Positions 26,510 to 40,369 of a stretch of 64,000 bases of DNA are shown here, piece by piece. The notes beneath the pieces were generated by a model. That model had not been told where the DNA came from. It did not search any database and saw only the letters and a program-made list of their open reading frames with translations. The translations under genes and the position numbers were made by a program. The number at the start of each line of letters is the position of its first letter. The first letter of the stretch is position 1. The DNA comes from Scenedesmus sp. PABB004 (Eukaryota). Location: NCBI GenBank assembly GCA_014905635.1, contig CM026547.1:1798001-1862000 (forward strand), in the 5' to 3' direction.

Positions 26510-28610
26510 ATGCTGCTGGCCACGAGCGGCTTCGTGACGATATGCCCCAAGAAGGTGGGGGCGCGCGCCGCCGCCCGCTGGCCGCCGCCCGCGCCGCTGC
26601 TGCCGCCGCCGCCGGTGCCGGCGCGCGCGGGCGGTGCCCTCCCGGCTGCCCTCCTGCTGACGGCCGCCTGCCCCCTCGACGCGGCGCCGCCGGCGCAGGA
26701 GGTGGAGCTGGGCGCAGACAGGCACCTGCACCGCGCCGACCACGCGGAGGAGCTGCGGGCCGAGCTCGCGTTTGAGCACCCCAAGGCGACCGGCAGCACG
26801 TACGCCTACATGCCCGGCGGCGGCGTGCGCGCGATCAACCCCAACAGCTCCATGACGCTTGCAGAGAACGACACCTGCATCGCCGTGTTCAAGGGGTGCG
26901 CGCCCGCGGCGGCTGCAGGCCCGCGCGCGCGCGCGCTCGGGGTCGCGCCTTGACGAGCGCGCCCGGCCGCCGCGCCTCACCGGCCGCCGCGCCTCACCGG
27001 CCGCCGCGCCTCACCGGCCGCCGCCTCGCCGCCGCCGCCGCCCCGCCGCGCGCAGCAACTTGAGCAACAAGGCCGAGCTCGCGCTCGGCGTGGGCGCGCT
27101 CGCGCCGTGCAGCGAGGCGGCGCTGCTGCTGGCGCTGTACGGCGCGCTCGGGCTGGACATGCTCGGCCGCCTGTCGGGGCAGTACGCGTTCTGCCTCTAC
27201 GACAGCAAGCAGGCGCGCGTGCTCGCCGCGCGCGACCACTCGGGCGCCGTGCCGCTCGTGGAGGGCCGCACGGGCGAGGGCAGCCTCATCATCGCGTGCG
27301 GCACCTTCTTGCCGGACGGCGTGTCCGCGGTCAGCGAGGTCGCGCCCGGGCACTACAAGTACGGCTGGCACGCGGCGCCGCGGCCGTTCAGGGCGGGCGA
27401 GGCCGGCATCGTCGCCGGCCGCGCGTCCTGCGAGTACGGCATCCGCCGCCGCAGCATCGACGCCTACAGCGTGAGCCGCGCCGCGCCGCCGCACCGCCGC
27501 ACCGCGCGGCCGAGGGCGCTGCCCGCGCCGGCGCTGCCTGCGCTGCTGCGGCGCCCGACGCCGCCGCCCCCGCGCGCGCGCGCCGCGCCGCAGGCGCCCC
27601 AGGCGCACCAGCGCCGCTCCGGCGAGCTGGCGCGCGGCGCGTCGATGGACATCCCCCGCCGCAGCGCCCACGTCGCGGTCGGCGCGACGAGCCAGAGCTA
27701 CAGCCACGCGCCGGCGCGCTACATGCCGCCCCACGCCGCGGCCGGCGGCGCCGCCTTCACGCGGCAGCGCGCGACGAGCATGGACGGCGGCGGGCCGGCG
27801 GTCGCCGGCACGCCGCCGCCGACGGGCCGGCGCCGCAGCGAGACCAGCCAGCGGCCCGCGGCGCCCGCGACGCCCGCGACGCCCGCGACGCCGGCGGCGC
27901 CTGCGGCGCACGCGGCGCCCGCGGCGCACGCGGCGCCCGCGGCGCACGGGCACGCGGCGCACGGGCACGCGGCGCACGGGCACGCGGCGCACGGGCACCT
28001 GCCCCAGCGCACGCACCTGGAGTGGGTGCCCAAGTCTGCCGCGCCCGCGGCGCCCGCGGCGGCGCCAGCCAAGCCGGCGCCCATCCACACGCCCGCCGCG
28101 GCGCCCGTCGACGAGCCCGCCACCCCCGGCAGCGCGGCGTCGACGCCCAGCGCGCACAGCAGCGAGCACCGGCGGCGCCGCCGCCACCACCGGCGCGGCA
28201 AGCACGGGCCCGCGTCGCCCGCGGGCGCCGGCGGCGAGGACGAGGGCCACGCAAGCGAGGCGGACAGCTGCTCCACGCACGACAGCGCGACGTCGGGCCA
28301 CGCCGCCGCGGCAGCGAGCGCCGCGGCGGCGGCCGCCGCCGCCGCCGCGGCCGCCAAGCCCGCGGCCGCCGAGCCCGCGGCGGCCAAGCCGCGGCCCGCG
28401 CGCCGCGCGAGCGCAGACGGCACCGGCAGCGCGGGCGGCAAGCCGCGGCAGAAGCAGGGCGGGCGCAAGGCGCCGGAGCAGCCGGCGCAGACTGTGCACG
28501 GGTTCACGCGCGTCAGCAGCTGCGGCGAGCTCGCGCAGGCCAGCGCGCCGCAGACGGTGCAGCACAGCGCGCTGACGGCGGCCGTGGCGCCCCAGGGCCT
28601 GGCGTGCTGA
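26510..28610 (+). CDS. Wali7/TSJT1 (aluminium-induced, Ntn-hydrolase-like, DUF3700-type) protein with long low-complexity tail
   Basis: CIAVFKG.LSN, SEAALLLALY and LSGQYAFCLYDSKQARVLAARDHSGAVPL resemble the class II glutamine-amidotransferase-like fold without an N-terminal catalytic Cys. Confidence 0.75.
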
Positions 28611-29506
28611 GCGCCGCGCCGCGGCCGGCCGGCCGACTGGCCAGCGAGGGGGTGTATGGCCTGCGGGCGCGCGCGAGCGCGCCCCGGGGGGTGGCTGGCC
28701 TGTGCCTCCGCCGGGCGACCCAGGCGGCGCCGTGCGCCCGGGCGTGGGCGGGGAGGGGGAGCTGGGCTGACGCTCGGCCTGCTTGGATTGGGCGGGGTTG
28801 TGGCGGCGCTTCGCCGCCGGGCCTCCCGCGCGCCCGCGCGCGCCGGTGGCGGCCGCCAGATTTTCGGGCCGCGCCGCGCCGCGCGCTGTACAAAGAACTC
28901 ACCGCGACTTGGGCCTCGGCGGATTGCGAGCTCGCCTTTGTACTGCTTGTGTCTGCGCGCCCGCGGGCGGCTGCGCATGATGGCGCGGACGTGGCCGCCG
29001 CCAGAGCCCGCGAGCCCCTCACATGTGCTTTGAGCGTGGACCGCCCTGGCGGCCTAGCAAGGTTTTGCATGGAGGGGAGAGGCCACACTGCAGGCGCCCG
29101 GCGTTTGGGTGCGCGCGTGTTTTCGTTGGCCGGGCAGCTGCGGGCAGCAGCTGCGGGGACGGCAGGCAGGCGGGGACGGAAGGCAGAAGGCAGAAGAAGG
29201 CAGGGTCTCTCTGGGGGTGCAAGGGGTGTTGCTGTCGCTGAGCTCATGTGGGGCCCCGCCGAGGTTATAGCCGGCCGCCGCGAGGGCGCCGGGGGGCTGA
29301 CTAGCCTGTATGTCTCTCTCTCTGTGCCCTCCACGTTGTCACCTGTAGCACTCCACATCACGCTGATCAGGGCCGCGGGCTTGCGGCATGAGCGCCGCCG
29401 CGCGGGTGCGGGCGCTGGCTGGCGCGGGTCGTGCTCGCGCGCGGGGCGCGGGGCGCGGGACGCGGGCGCGCGTAGCGTAACACATGGAACAGCCCCCTCA
29501 GCGCGG

Positions 29507-32167
29507 TCAGTCAAGGTTGAGGATGTCCGACACCACGCTCACGTCGTCCTCCTCGCCACACCCCCAGCCCGGCTGCGCCCAGCCGCCCGCCTCGCGCTGC
29601 GGCCAGCCGCCCGGCCCACGCGGCCGCTCCTGCTGCTGCCAGCCGGGCCACTTGCCGCACACGGGCGGCGGTGGCGGCGCGCCGGTGCAGCTGAGCTGGT
29701 CGCCGCCGCCGCGGCGCTGGCCCGGCGGCGGTCCGTGCGGCGGGTCGCGCAGCGACGCGCGCGCGGCGGCCTGCTGCACCTCCAGGCGCTCGACCTCCGC
29801 CAGCAGGTCCACCAGCGACGCGTCAAAGCGCTCCAGCAGCTCCGCGGCGGCTGCGGCGTCGCCGGCGCCCGCCGCCGGCGGCTGCGCCGGCACGCCCCAC
29901 ACGGGGGCGTCGTGCGCCGGCGCGGCCAGCCCGTCGCAGGCCGGGACGCCCAGCGCTGGGCCCTGCAGCGGGGCCGGCTGCTGCTGCCACGCGCCGCCAG
30001 GCGCCCAGCCGCGCGCCGCGGTCGATGGCCCCAGCGCCGGCTCCGCGGCCGCCGCGTCGGGCCAGGCGTCCGCCTGCTGCAGCTGGTGCAGGCGCTGCTG
30101 CTGCTGCAGACGCCACTGGTCGGCGTCGCGCTGCCACGCGCTGCACCGCTCCCGCGCCACCAGCGCCGCCGCCTGCTGCTGCGCCACGAGCAGGCTGCCG
30201 TGCAGCTCGCCGGTCGGGCCGGCCGGCGTGGCCGCCCTGCTGGCGCTGTGCAGGCTGCTCCACGACTTTTCGTTCTGCACCACCACCGCCACCTCGCCCG
30301 GCTCCACCGCCAGCACGGGCACCTCCTCCACGCCGCCGCGCCGTCCCACGCGGCCGGGCCGGCGGGTGCAGCGCCGCAGTCGGCGGGGCCCGCGCCGGCC
30401 GCGGCGCGGCCCGCGCACCCAGCCGCGCACGCGCTCCTGCTGCTGCTGCTGCCGGGCGTGGGCGCGGTCGCGAGGCTGTCGAAGGCCGCCGCCAGGTCGA
30501 GCAGCTGCTTGCAGGTGGGGCTGTCGCCCCAGGCGCTGGCCTCCAGCAGCCCCGCAGCCCCGCCGCCGCCGCCGCCGCCGCCGCCGCCCGTCAGCTTCAG
30601 CGGCGCCAGCTGCGGCGCCGGCCGCCACTGCTGGTGCTGGTGCTGCTGCTGCACCGCCTGCTGCGGCGGCAGCGGCTGGTGCTGGTGCTGCTGCTGCTGC
30701 GGCAACGGCCAATCAGCTGCCGGCGCGCGCGCCGCCGCGCCGCCGGGCGCCAGGGAGGCGAGGGGGCTGGGCGCCGGCAGGTCCTGCACGACAAAGGCGC
30801 CGTGCGCGCCGATGGCCGGGTCAAACTGCAGCGCGCGGCGACGCACCGCGTCGGCCTGCGGCGCGCGCGCGCGGGCGGCGGCGGCATGGGCGGCGCGCCG
30901 CGCCTGCGCGGGGCGGCACGTGCGCGCGGCCGCGCCGCTCACCGCCTCCCCGGGCGTGATCAGGCCCTGCGCGAGCTGCCAGCGCGCCAGGTCGCCGAGC
31001 GCCTCCCGCACGCCCGCGCTCAGCGGCGGCAGCACCAGGGGCGTCACCGCCTCCTCCAGCGCGGCCGGCCGCCTGGGGCTCTGCGCCGCCGACGGGCTGG
31101 CGCTGCTGCCGGCGCGCGCGCTGGTCGGCGCAGAGGGCGACAGCGCGCACCCCGCGGCAGCGACCGCCGCCGGCGCCGGCGACGCCGCGCCGCTGTGTGC
31201 CGCGAGGTCTGGCAGCTGCTGCGCCGCCGACTGCGGGCGCGCCGCCGCTTGCGACGCGGCAGGCCGCGGCGGCGCGCTGGTCACGCTGCCGGGCGAGACG
31301 CCCCCGGCCTGCTCCTGTGGCTGCTGCGCCTGCTCCAGCGCCTGCTGCGCCTGCTCTTCCGGCTGCTGCGCCTGCTCCTGCCGCTCCGGCGACCGCGGCG
31401 GAGGCGGCAGCTGCGGCGGAGGCGCCTCGTGCTGCGGCGCCGGCAGCGCTGCTTGCGCCCGCCCCTCCAGCGCGCCCTGCTGCTGCTGATGGTCGTCCGC
31501 CGGCGCCGGCAGCGGCGGCGGCGCGTGCTGCAGCGCCCGCAGCGCTGCGTCGAGGCCCTGCACCTGCGCCGCGTGGGTGACAGCAGCGTCGCGGGCAGCG
31601 CGCGGGCGGCTGCGCCGCCGCGCCGCCGCGCCGCCGCCGCCCCCGCGCGCGCTCACTTTGTGGTGGTACATGCGCAGCACCGTCACCGCCTGGCCCAGCT
31701 TGGTCTTCAGGCTGCGTCGCCGCGGCTGGGCGTCGGGCGCGGGCAGCGGCGCCGCACGCGGGGCCGGGGAGGGCCCTGCCCCGCAGCCGCCCGGGCCCCC
31801 GCGCACCTGCAGTTCTCGCGCACCGCCTCCCGGTTGCACTCCTGGATCTGCCGCACCTTGTCGTCCGCCGCACCCGCCGCGCCCTGGAGGCGCGCGTTCT
31901 CCTTGCCCAGCTCAACCACCTGCGCCGCCCGAGCGGCAGCAGCAGCACGCGCGCGCCGCGTCGGCGCCCGCGCCGCGCCACACAGCGGCGGCGCGTCGGC
32001 GCCCGCGCCGCGCCACACAGCGGCGGCGCGGCGGCGCGCACCTGCTTGACCAGCTTGGCCACCTTTTGCTTGTCCTCCGGGCACAGCTCCTTGAGCGTGC
32101 ACGGCGCGGGCGCGGCGGCGGGCCGCGCCGCGCCGCCGCTCGCGCGCGCCGCGCCGCCGGGGGCCAT
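29507..32167 (-). CDS. Hinderin/KIAA1328-like coiled-coil protein
   Basis: TLKELCPEDKQKVAKLVKQVVELGKEN resembles the conserved KIAA1328 motif (LKDLCxEDKxxIAxLIxEL). A coiled coil and a low-complexity tail follow. Confidence 0.65.
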
Positions 32168-32685
32168 GCCCGCCGCTCCCCGGCTGCCCCCGGCCGCGCA
32201 GGACCGACCGCCGGGCGCGGGCGGCGGCCGGGCGCAGAGAGCGCGGCGCGAGCGGCGGCGGCGGCAGCAGCGGCTGCGTCGTTCCTGGCGAGCGGCACGC
32301 CTGCGCGGCCTCACGGTGTGTGCCGTGGGCCTGCCGGTCTGCGGGCGGCCGGGGCGCGGGGTGCGGGCGGCGACAGCTGTTGCGGCATTTTTGCGCCAGG
32401 CCGCGGGTTCCAGCGCCCCTGAGACTGGCGCCCCGGCCCCGATCACCAGGATCGAGCAGAGCAGCTCCCTGCGTCTGCGGGGCGCGAGGGGGCGCCAGCA
32501 CGCGCGGCCCATCAAGCGCGCTCCCTTGCTCCCCAACAGCCGACGGCGCCCTGCGACCCGCGCACCCGACGCCCGGCCTTGAAGGCGTCACGACCTCCAG
32601 GCGGCAGCGCACCGAGAACCGAGCGCCGGCGCCGGCGGCGGCGCAGCAGCAGCGGCGGCGCGCCCCCGCGCCGCGCTGCGCCACC

Positions 32686-34058
32686 ATGGCGGCGGCGGAG
32701 GGCAGCGACACCTACGAGCCCGCCCCGGCCCCGGCTCCGGCTGCGAGCGGCGGCGGGCCGCACCCGGTGCGCGTGATCCTGGTGCTCGAGGCGACGGCGG
32801 CCGCGGCGTCGAGCTGGCGCGCGACGCGCAAGTGGCTCGACTCCATCCTCCACATGATGGAACGCGACGGCGGCGACCCCGACGCCGCCCCCGGCGCGGG
32901 CGCGGGCGCGGGCGGCGCCGACGGCGGCGGCGGGGCCGCGCCGGGCGGCGCGACGCCGCCGCCCGAGCCGCCGGCGGCCGCTGGCGGCGCCGCCGCCGCC
33001 GGCGGCGCGGGCGGCGGCGGCGCGCGCTGCGCGCGGCAGTACGCCCTGATCGTGTACGCCACGCACGACCGCAGCACGCCCGCGCCGGTGCAGGCGAGTG
33101 CGTGGACGGCGAGCCTGAAGCAGCTGTTCGCGTGGCTCGACGGCGTGCAGTTTGTCGGCGGCGTCAGCAGCAAGGGCACCGCGATCGGGCAGGCCCTGGG
33201 CGAGGCGATCGCGCTGAGCAAGACGCCCTACCCGGGCGGCGCGGCGCCGCCGCCGGCGGGTGCGCGCGCACGCCCGGCCCCGCGGCTGGGGCCCAGCCCC
33301 GCCCGCGCCCGCGCGCGGCCCGGCCCCCGCGCGTGCGCGCACGCGCGCGCCCACGCCCGCCGCGCCGCCCGCCGCGCAGCGCCCGCGCCGCCGGGCGTGA
33401 TGTCGTGCGGCGACGCGGAGCTCGGCGCGCACACGCACGTCATCGTGATGTGCCCCAGCTTCAGCCCCTGCCGCCTGCCGATGGCCTGGCCCGTCGCGGC
33501 CGACACCAAGGCCGCGCTCGCGGCGTGCGGGCACTACGGCGCGGTGCTGGAGCGCTTCGCCGCGCTGCACGCCGACAAGGGCGAGCGCGCGACGCACGGG
33601 CTGTTTGGGCAGCTCGAGTTTATGCGCGCGAGCCTCGCGTCGCCGGCGCGCGGCACCGCCGACGTGTGGGACCTGTGCCTGTCGCTCGCGCGGCACCGGC
33701 TGAGCCTCAGCATCATCTCCGCGCGCACCAGCGCCGCGCGGGGGTGCCTCGAGTTCTTCGCCATCGCCAACCACGCGCTCACGAGCCTCCCCGCCGCGTG
33801 CCAGCGCGGGCAGGTCATCACGACCAGCCTCAGCGTCGCGGTCTACCTCAGCCCCGCGTTTGCGGCGGCGCAGCGCGCGTTTAAGCCCATCATGCACAAG
33901 CTGCTGCAGCAGGTCAAGAAGAAGGCCGCCGCCGCGCAGGCGGCGGCCGCGCCGCCGCCGGCGGCCGTGCAGACGGCGGCCGCGCCCGCGCAGGCGGCGG
34001 CCGCGCCCGCGCAGGCGGCGGCGGCGCCGGTGCAGGCGGCGCAGCAGCAGGCGCACCC

Positions 34059-34102
<44 letters not shown>

Positions 34103-35449
34103 CGATGCAGCAGCAGCAGCAGGCGATGCAGCAGCAGCAGCAGGCGATGCAGCAGCAGCAGCCGTGGCAGAGCGGCGCGCCCTCGGGCGGCGGCACGGCC
34201 ATGCAGCAGGCCCGCGCGGGGGGCATGCTCGGCCACACGATGCCTGGCATGGGGGGCCAGCAGCCCCAGCAGATGCAGCAGCACCAACTGCAGCTTCAGC
34301 AGCAGGCCATGCAGCAGCAGGCCCTGCAGCAGCAGCAGGCCATGCAGCAGCAGGCCATGCAGCAGCAGCAACAGCAGGCCATGCAGCAGCGGCACATGGG
34401 TGTGCCGGCTGGCGGCCAGCCGGGGCTGATGCCGCAGCAGCCGCAACACCAGATGATGATGGGGCAGCCGCAGGCCGTGGGCGCCTACGCGCAGCAGCAG
34501 CACCAGCACCAGCTGCACCAGCAGGCGATGCAGCTGCAGCAGCAGCAGCAGGCGCAGCAGGCGCAGCAGGCGCAGCAGGCGCAGCAGGCGCAGCAGGCGC
34601 AGCAGGCGCAGCACATGCAGCAGCAACTGCAGCAGCAGGCCATGCAGCAGCAGCAGCAACAGCACCAGCACCAGCTGGGCTACCAGTGGCAGAGCGGCCC
34701 GCCCTCGGGTGGCGGCGCGGGCATGCAGCAGCAGGCCCAAGCAGGCGGCATGGCCGGCGCCGCCAAGCAGGACAAGCAGCGCGTCGTGTTCTGGCGCGGC
34801 CAGGTGTTGCTCCACCTCCCAGAGCTGGGCGTCGTGCACCAGCTGCTGGGCGAGGTGCGCGGCGCGGCGCGGGCGCCCGAGCCCGGGCCGGGCGCGGCCC
34901 GCGCGCGCACGCGCGCGCCGCCCACCGCCGCCCACCGCCGCCGCGCCGCGCCGCGCGCAGGTCGAGCTCGCGAGCAGCAGCGGCGCGGCGATGGTGCCCG
35001 CGTGGTCGCACCGCGCGCAGCTGGTGCTGCACGCGGTCGTGCCGATGGCGGGCATGAAGGCCCACTTCTCGTACACGCCCGAGCAGGCGGCCGCGGGCAA
35101 CAAGGTCACGCGCGTGTTCTTCCGCGTCACCACCCAGGGCCCCGGGTTTGCGTGGGTGCAGGTGCGCGCGCGCGGGCGCGCGCCGGCGCGCCGCGCCGCC
35201 AGGCGCCGCGTGATGGCGCGGGCGCCGCCCCCGCCCGCGCGGCGCGCGCGCGCGCAGAGCCAGGTGCTGTCGCGGGAGGACCGTCAGCTCATCCTCATGG
35301 GCCACATCAACCCCGTGCCCCTGCTCAAGGGCCTGCTCGTGTTTGGCTCCCAGGCCTGGACGAGCGCGCAGCGCGCCGCCGCCGCGGCGGGGCAGGCCCA
35401 GATCAGCCTGCACGAGGGCCAGCTCATCCTCAGCGGCATCGGCAGCTAG
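32686..35449 (+). CDS. MED25: Mediator subunit 25 (PFT1)-like: VWA domain, Q-rich region, C-terminal ACID-like domain
   Basis: VILVLEATAAAASSW, YALIVY, VQASAWTASLKQLFAWLDGVQFVGG and AIGQALGEA match the MED25 VWA domain. Long polyQ tract, then VVFWRGQV. Confidence 0.8.
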
Positions 35450-35849
35450 CGGGCGCGGGACCGGCGCGGCGGCGCGGCGCGGCATGCTGGGCGGGGACGC
35501 GGCAGGGGCGGTGCTGCAGGCAACAGTGGACGTTGCTGACCGAGATTACCACCGCCACGCAGCCGCTGCCGCCCTGCCGCCGCCCTGCCGTCCTGCACAC
35601 CGCGCGCGCGCCCGGCTGGCCTCGCCGCAGTCAAGTGATGAGGCCGCTGCTGCTCCCTGCGTTATTGCTGCGCATGCACGCCCACGCCCACGCCTCGCGC
35701 ACATCGGATGCAGCCCCGCCCCCCGCAGCGTCCCGCCCCTGGCCGCCAGCGCGGACGCGCGCCCGCCCAAAATCATGCGGCCCGCCGCCGCCGGGCCCGC
35801 CCGCCCGCGCCTCGCCGCCGACGTCGCCGCCGCCGCGCGCCGCGGCGCG

Positions 35850-38737
35850 TCACTTGGTGGTGATGAGGCTGTCCTGGTAGTGCGGCGGGGCCTGCAGGCC
35901 GAGCAGGTTGAGGTAGGTCGCGGTGATGTTGGCCAGGCCCGCGCCGGGCAGGTCGTCGCGCATGACCACGCCCTCGGGCAGGCCCTTGCCGCCGACGTAG
36001 ACGGGCACCGGCGCGAGCGTGTGGCTCGTGAGCGGCAGCGGCTTGCCCGTGTCGGCGTCCATGAGCGGCTTGTTGGTCTTCTTCTCGCGCTGCACCATGT
36101 CGTCGCTGTTGCCGTGGTCAGACGTCACCAGGAAGCTGGCGCGCGCGCGGGGGGCGCGTCGGCGGCGGCGGCGAAGAGCCGCCACCGTCAGAGCGCCGCG
36201 CCGCGCCGCAGCGGCGGCGGCCCAGCCGCCCGCGCGCGAGGCCCCTTTGCGCCGCGCCCCGCCCCCCTGCGGCGGTCGCCGCGTCGCGCCCCACCGTCCG
36301 TTCATCTCGTTGCAGACCTCCAGCAGCTCGCCCACGCACTTGTCGACGACCGCGCAGGCGTGGATGGAGGCCGCGAGGTCGCCCGTGTGGCCGACCATGT
36401 CGGGGTTGGCGTAGTTGATGCGCACCTGGCGGCAGCGGCGCGGCGCAGCGGTCGGCGCGGGCGGCGCGCGGGCGCGCGCGCGCGCGCGGGCGCGGCCGGG
36501 CGCGCGCGCGCGGCGCGGCGGCGGGCGTGCCCGCGCTGCGGCGGCGGCGTGTGGGCGGGGGCGTCGCACCATCTTGTACTTCCCGCTGCGCAGCGCCTCC
36601 TTGCCGGCCTCTGTGATCTCGTAGGCCTTCATGTCGGGCTTCTGGTTGAAGGGGACCTTGTCGCTCGGGATCTGCGCGCAGCGACGCCGCGGGGCGGGCA
36701 GGCAAGGCAGCACGGGGGCGGGGAGGGGCGCGGTCGGCCGGGGCGCGCGGTCGGCCGGGGCGCAGCCGGCCAGGGCGCGGCCGGCGGCCGCGCGGCGCTG
36801 TGACGCGAGGCGACGCGCCGCGCTGTGTGTGCAGCGCGCCGCGCGCTGTGCGCCGCGCCGCGCCTCGAGGAACGTCTCCAGGTTGGAGTCGAAGTAGCCG
36901 GAGCGGTTGCCGTTCCAGAAGAAGGTGACGTGGCCAAACTTCTGGGTCTCGCTGCACGCAAACGTGCTCACGCCGTTGTGCACCAGGTACTCGCCGCTCG
37001 TCTTGCTGATCTCGGGCGGCGGGACGAGGAAGTTCTTGGGCAGCAGCAGGTCGCCGTCGTACTGCATCATGCCCACAAACTTGAGGTCCTGCGGGGCGGC
37101 GTGGCGGCGGGGGGCGCAGGGGGGCCGGGCGGGCGGGGCGTTGGACGGGCCGGCGGCGCGGGCGCGGCGCGGCGCGGCCATCGGGCTGGCGCGCGGGGCC
37201 AGCGGCGCGGGCGCGCGGCGGCCGGCGGCCGACGGCCGCGGGCGGGGCGCGCCGCGCGACAGGCGACCGGCGGACCTTGGGGAAGCGCACGCGGTCAAAG
37301 ATGTCAAAGTCGGGGTACTCAAAGGCCTTGCTGATCTCGACCATGCGGTCGGCGCGGAAGTTGAACAGCACCACCGCGTCGCCGTCCTCGATCGTGCCCA
37401 CCGGCGTGCCCGCGTCGTCGACGATCACAAACGGCGGCAGCCACTGGTCGCTCACGGGGTCGTCGGACGGGCCCTGCGGCGCGCGGCGCGCGGCGCGGCG
37501 CGGCGCGCTCAGCGCGCAGCCCGCCGCGCGCTGCGCTCCGCCGCGGCCGCCGCGGCCGCGGCCGCGAGCGGCGCGCACCCGCAGCTCCTTGAGCCCCGCC
37601 ACGGGGTCGGTGAACTTGTGCTCCGCCACGCCCAGCACGTGCGCGTCCCAGCCGCGCTTCACGATGTTCCAGTCCGCCTGAGGCGGCACGCGGTGGCAGC
37701 GACAGCGGCGGCGGCGCGTGAGCAGCGCGGCGGCCGCCGGCGGATGCTGCCCGCGCTTGCAGGAGCTGCGCCCGCTGCCGCTGCTCCTGCCGCCGCCGCG
37801 CATGCCACCCGCCGCGCCCGCCCGCCGCCCCGCCGCGCGCGCCGCCCGCCGCCCCGCCCCGCGCGCCCGCCGCCCCGCCCCGCGCGCGCCCGCCGCCCCG
37901 CGCGCGCGCCCGCGCGGGCGCACCTCGTAGCGGTCCATGGTGACGCACATGCGACCGCCGCCGGACGCGATCTTGGCGTCGCAGCCGAGCGGCGCGAGCG
38001 CGTCGAGGTCGGCCACGAGCTGCGTCGCGAAGCCGATGCTGCTGCCGTCGGGGACGTCGCGGCCGTCGGTGAGGATGTGCACGCGCACGCGCTTCGCGCC
38101 GCGCTCGACCGCGCCGCGCACGCAGCCGATGAGCTGGTCGTAGCGGCTGTGCACGCCGCCGTCGGAGAGGAGGCCGATGAAGTGCACGGTGTGGTCGGCA
38201 AAGGCCTGCGAGATGAGCTTCCAGCCCGGGAGCTCAAACATCTGGCCCGACTCGAGCGCGAGGTCGACGAGGCGCGCGCCCTGGTCGATGACCTGCCCGC
38301 TGCCGAGCGCGTTGTGCCCGACCTCGCTGTTGCCCATGTCGGCGTCGCTCGGCAGGCCGACCGCGGTGCCGTGCGCCTTGACCGAGCGGTAGCGCCCCGG
38401 CACGGCCTTGAGGCCGTCCGTCACGGGCGTGTCGGCGCTGAAGACGGCGTTGAAGCCGTCCTCCACGTTCACGCCCCAGCCGTCCAGGATGCACACCTGC
38501 GCCGCCGCACGGGCGCGCGTGCGCGTGTCGGCCGCGGCCGCGGCGCGCGCGCGCAAAGATGCCGCCGGCCCGCGCGCGGGCGCGCCGCCGCTGCTGCGGC
38601 CGCCGCCCGCTCGTGCGCGCGCGCCCGCGCGCCGCGCGCCGGGCGCCCCCGCCGCCCCCCGCGCCGCGCACCAGGACGGGGCCATCGGGCGGCGGGATGG
38701 CGGGGTGGGGCTCGAGCTTGAAGTCCGCGGGCGCCAT
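35850..38737 (-). CDS. gpmI: 2,3-bisphosphoglycerate-independent phosphoglycerate mutase
   Basis: VCILDGWG, DMGNSEVGHNALG, LLSDGGVHS, TDGRD, FNFRADR, SETQKFGHVTFFWNG, NYANPDMVGHTG and VTSDHGN. Confidence 0.97.
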
Positions 38738-39386
38738 AGCAGCGGCGAGCGGCGAGCGGCGGCGGCGCGGCCGGCGCGGCGGGGGCGCTGCGCGAGCGCT
38801 GGTGAGGCGAGGGCGGCCTGGGCGCGATCCGGCGCTCGGGCGGCGCGGGGCTGCGGCTGCAGGGGGCCGGGCGGGTGCTGCGCGGCACGCGGGCTCTGGG
38901 TGTGCAGGAGCCGGTGCTCGTGCGGTGGAGTGAGCGGAGCGCGCGCACCGACGCGGGCGCCGCACAGCAGCGAGCGTTGGCCGGCCCCAAACCCTCGAAG
39001 CCAGGTCCACTCGAAACGCCCTCCGCCGATCCCCGCAGTTGCCCCGCGCGCTCAGCGTGAACTGCACCAGCGCTCGCCGCGCTGCGCCACGCCGCCCGGC
39101 CGCAGCAGCAGGCCCCCGCGCCCCGCGACGACTGGCGCGCAGCTCCGGCCGCCTGGCGCCCAGGCGCCGCACATAACAGGCAGGTGAGCTCACGCTGAGG
39201 CGCCCGGGCGGGCGGGTCGGCCGTGGCGCGCGGGGGCGGTCAATGGCGGCGCGCGCCGCCGCTCGCGCGCCGCGCCGCTCGCCGCCGGCGCGCCAGCGCG
39301 GTGCCCTGACGCCCGCCTGGCGCGCGCCCCGGCTCCAGACGCCCCCTTACGCGCGCTGAGCGCGGCCGGCGGGCCCCCCAGCAGCC

Positions 39387-40369
39387 ATGTTCAAGAACAG
39401 CTACCAGAGCGGCTTCCTCAGCATCCTCTACTCCATCGGCAGCAAGCCGCTGCAGATATGGGACAAGGAGGGTGCGCACGCCTTGAGGACGCGGCGGTCC
39501 CGCGCAGCGGCGCAGCGCGGCACGCGTGCGCTGCGTGTCTCACCCCCCGCCGCCGCGCCGCCGCGCCGCGCCGCGCCGGCGGCAGTGAACAACGGGCACA
39601 TCAAGCGCATCACCGACGCCGACATCCAGTCGAGCGTGCTTGAGATCATGTCGGCCAACGTCAACACCACGTTCATCACCTGCCCCGCCGACCCGGCCGC
39701 GACGCTGGGCATCAAGCTGCCCTTCCTGGTCATGGTCATCAAGAACCTCAACAAGTACTTCAGCTTCGAGGTCACCGTCCTCGACGACAAGGGCGTGCGC
39801 CGCAGGTTCAGGGCCAGCAACTACCAGGCGCGCGCCCGCGCGCCCGCGCGCCCGCGCGCCCGCGCGCCCGCGCTGCGCCGCGCCGCGCGCGCGACCCGCA
39901 CGCCTGCGCGGCCGCCGCCTGACCTGCGCGGGAGTCGCCTGACCGCGCGCGCGCACATACACGCGCCGCCCGGGCGCAGAGCACGACGCGCGTGAAGCCG
40001 TTCATCTGCACCATGCCCATGCGCCTCGACGAGGGCTGGAACCAGATCCAGTTCAACCTCGCCGACTTCACGCGCCGCGCATACGGTGGGCGGGCGCGCT
40101 GCGCGCGGCACGCGGCGCGCGCCTGTCGCGCGCAGCCCAGCAGCCGCGTGCCGCGCCGCGCCGCGGACCCCGCCGCCGACCCCGCCGCCGCCGGCCCCGC
40201 CGCCGGCCCCGCCCCGCGCGGCGCCGCAGGCACCAACTACATCGAGACGCTGCGCGTGCAGGTGCACGCCAACTGCCGCATCCGCCGCATCTACTTTGCC
40301 GACCGCCTCTACAGCGAGGAGGAGCTGCCGCCCGAGTACAAGCTCTTCCTGCCCATCCACAAGCCCTGA
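39387..40369 (+). CDS. CFAP20: Cilia- and flagella-associated protein 20 (BUG22), 4 exons
   Basis: [27 protein letters not shown]...[37 protein letters not shown]...[22 protein letters not shown]. Confidence 0.97.

Noticed and set aside
26966..27021. Small local duplications: 17-bp x3 in the Wali7 intron, also 22492-22554, 31961-32030 and 62122-62162
   Set aside because: These look like ordinary slippage duplications with no evidence of function.
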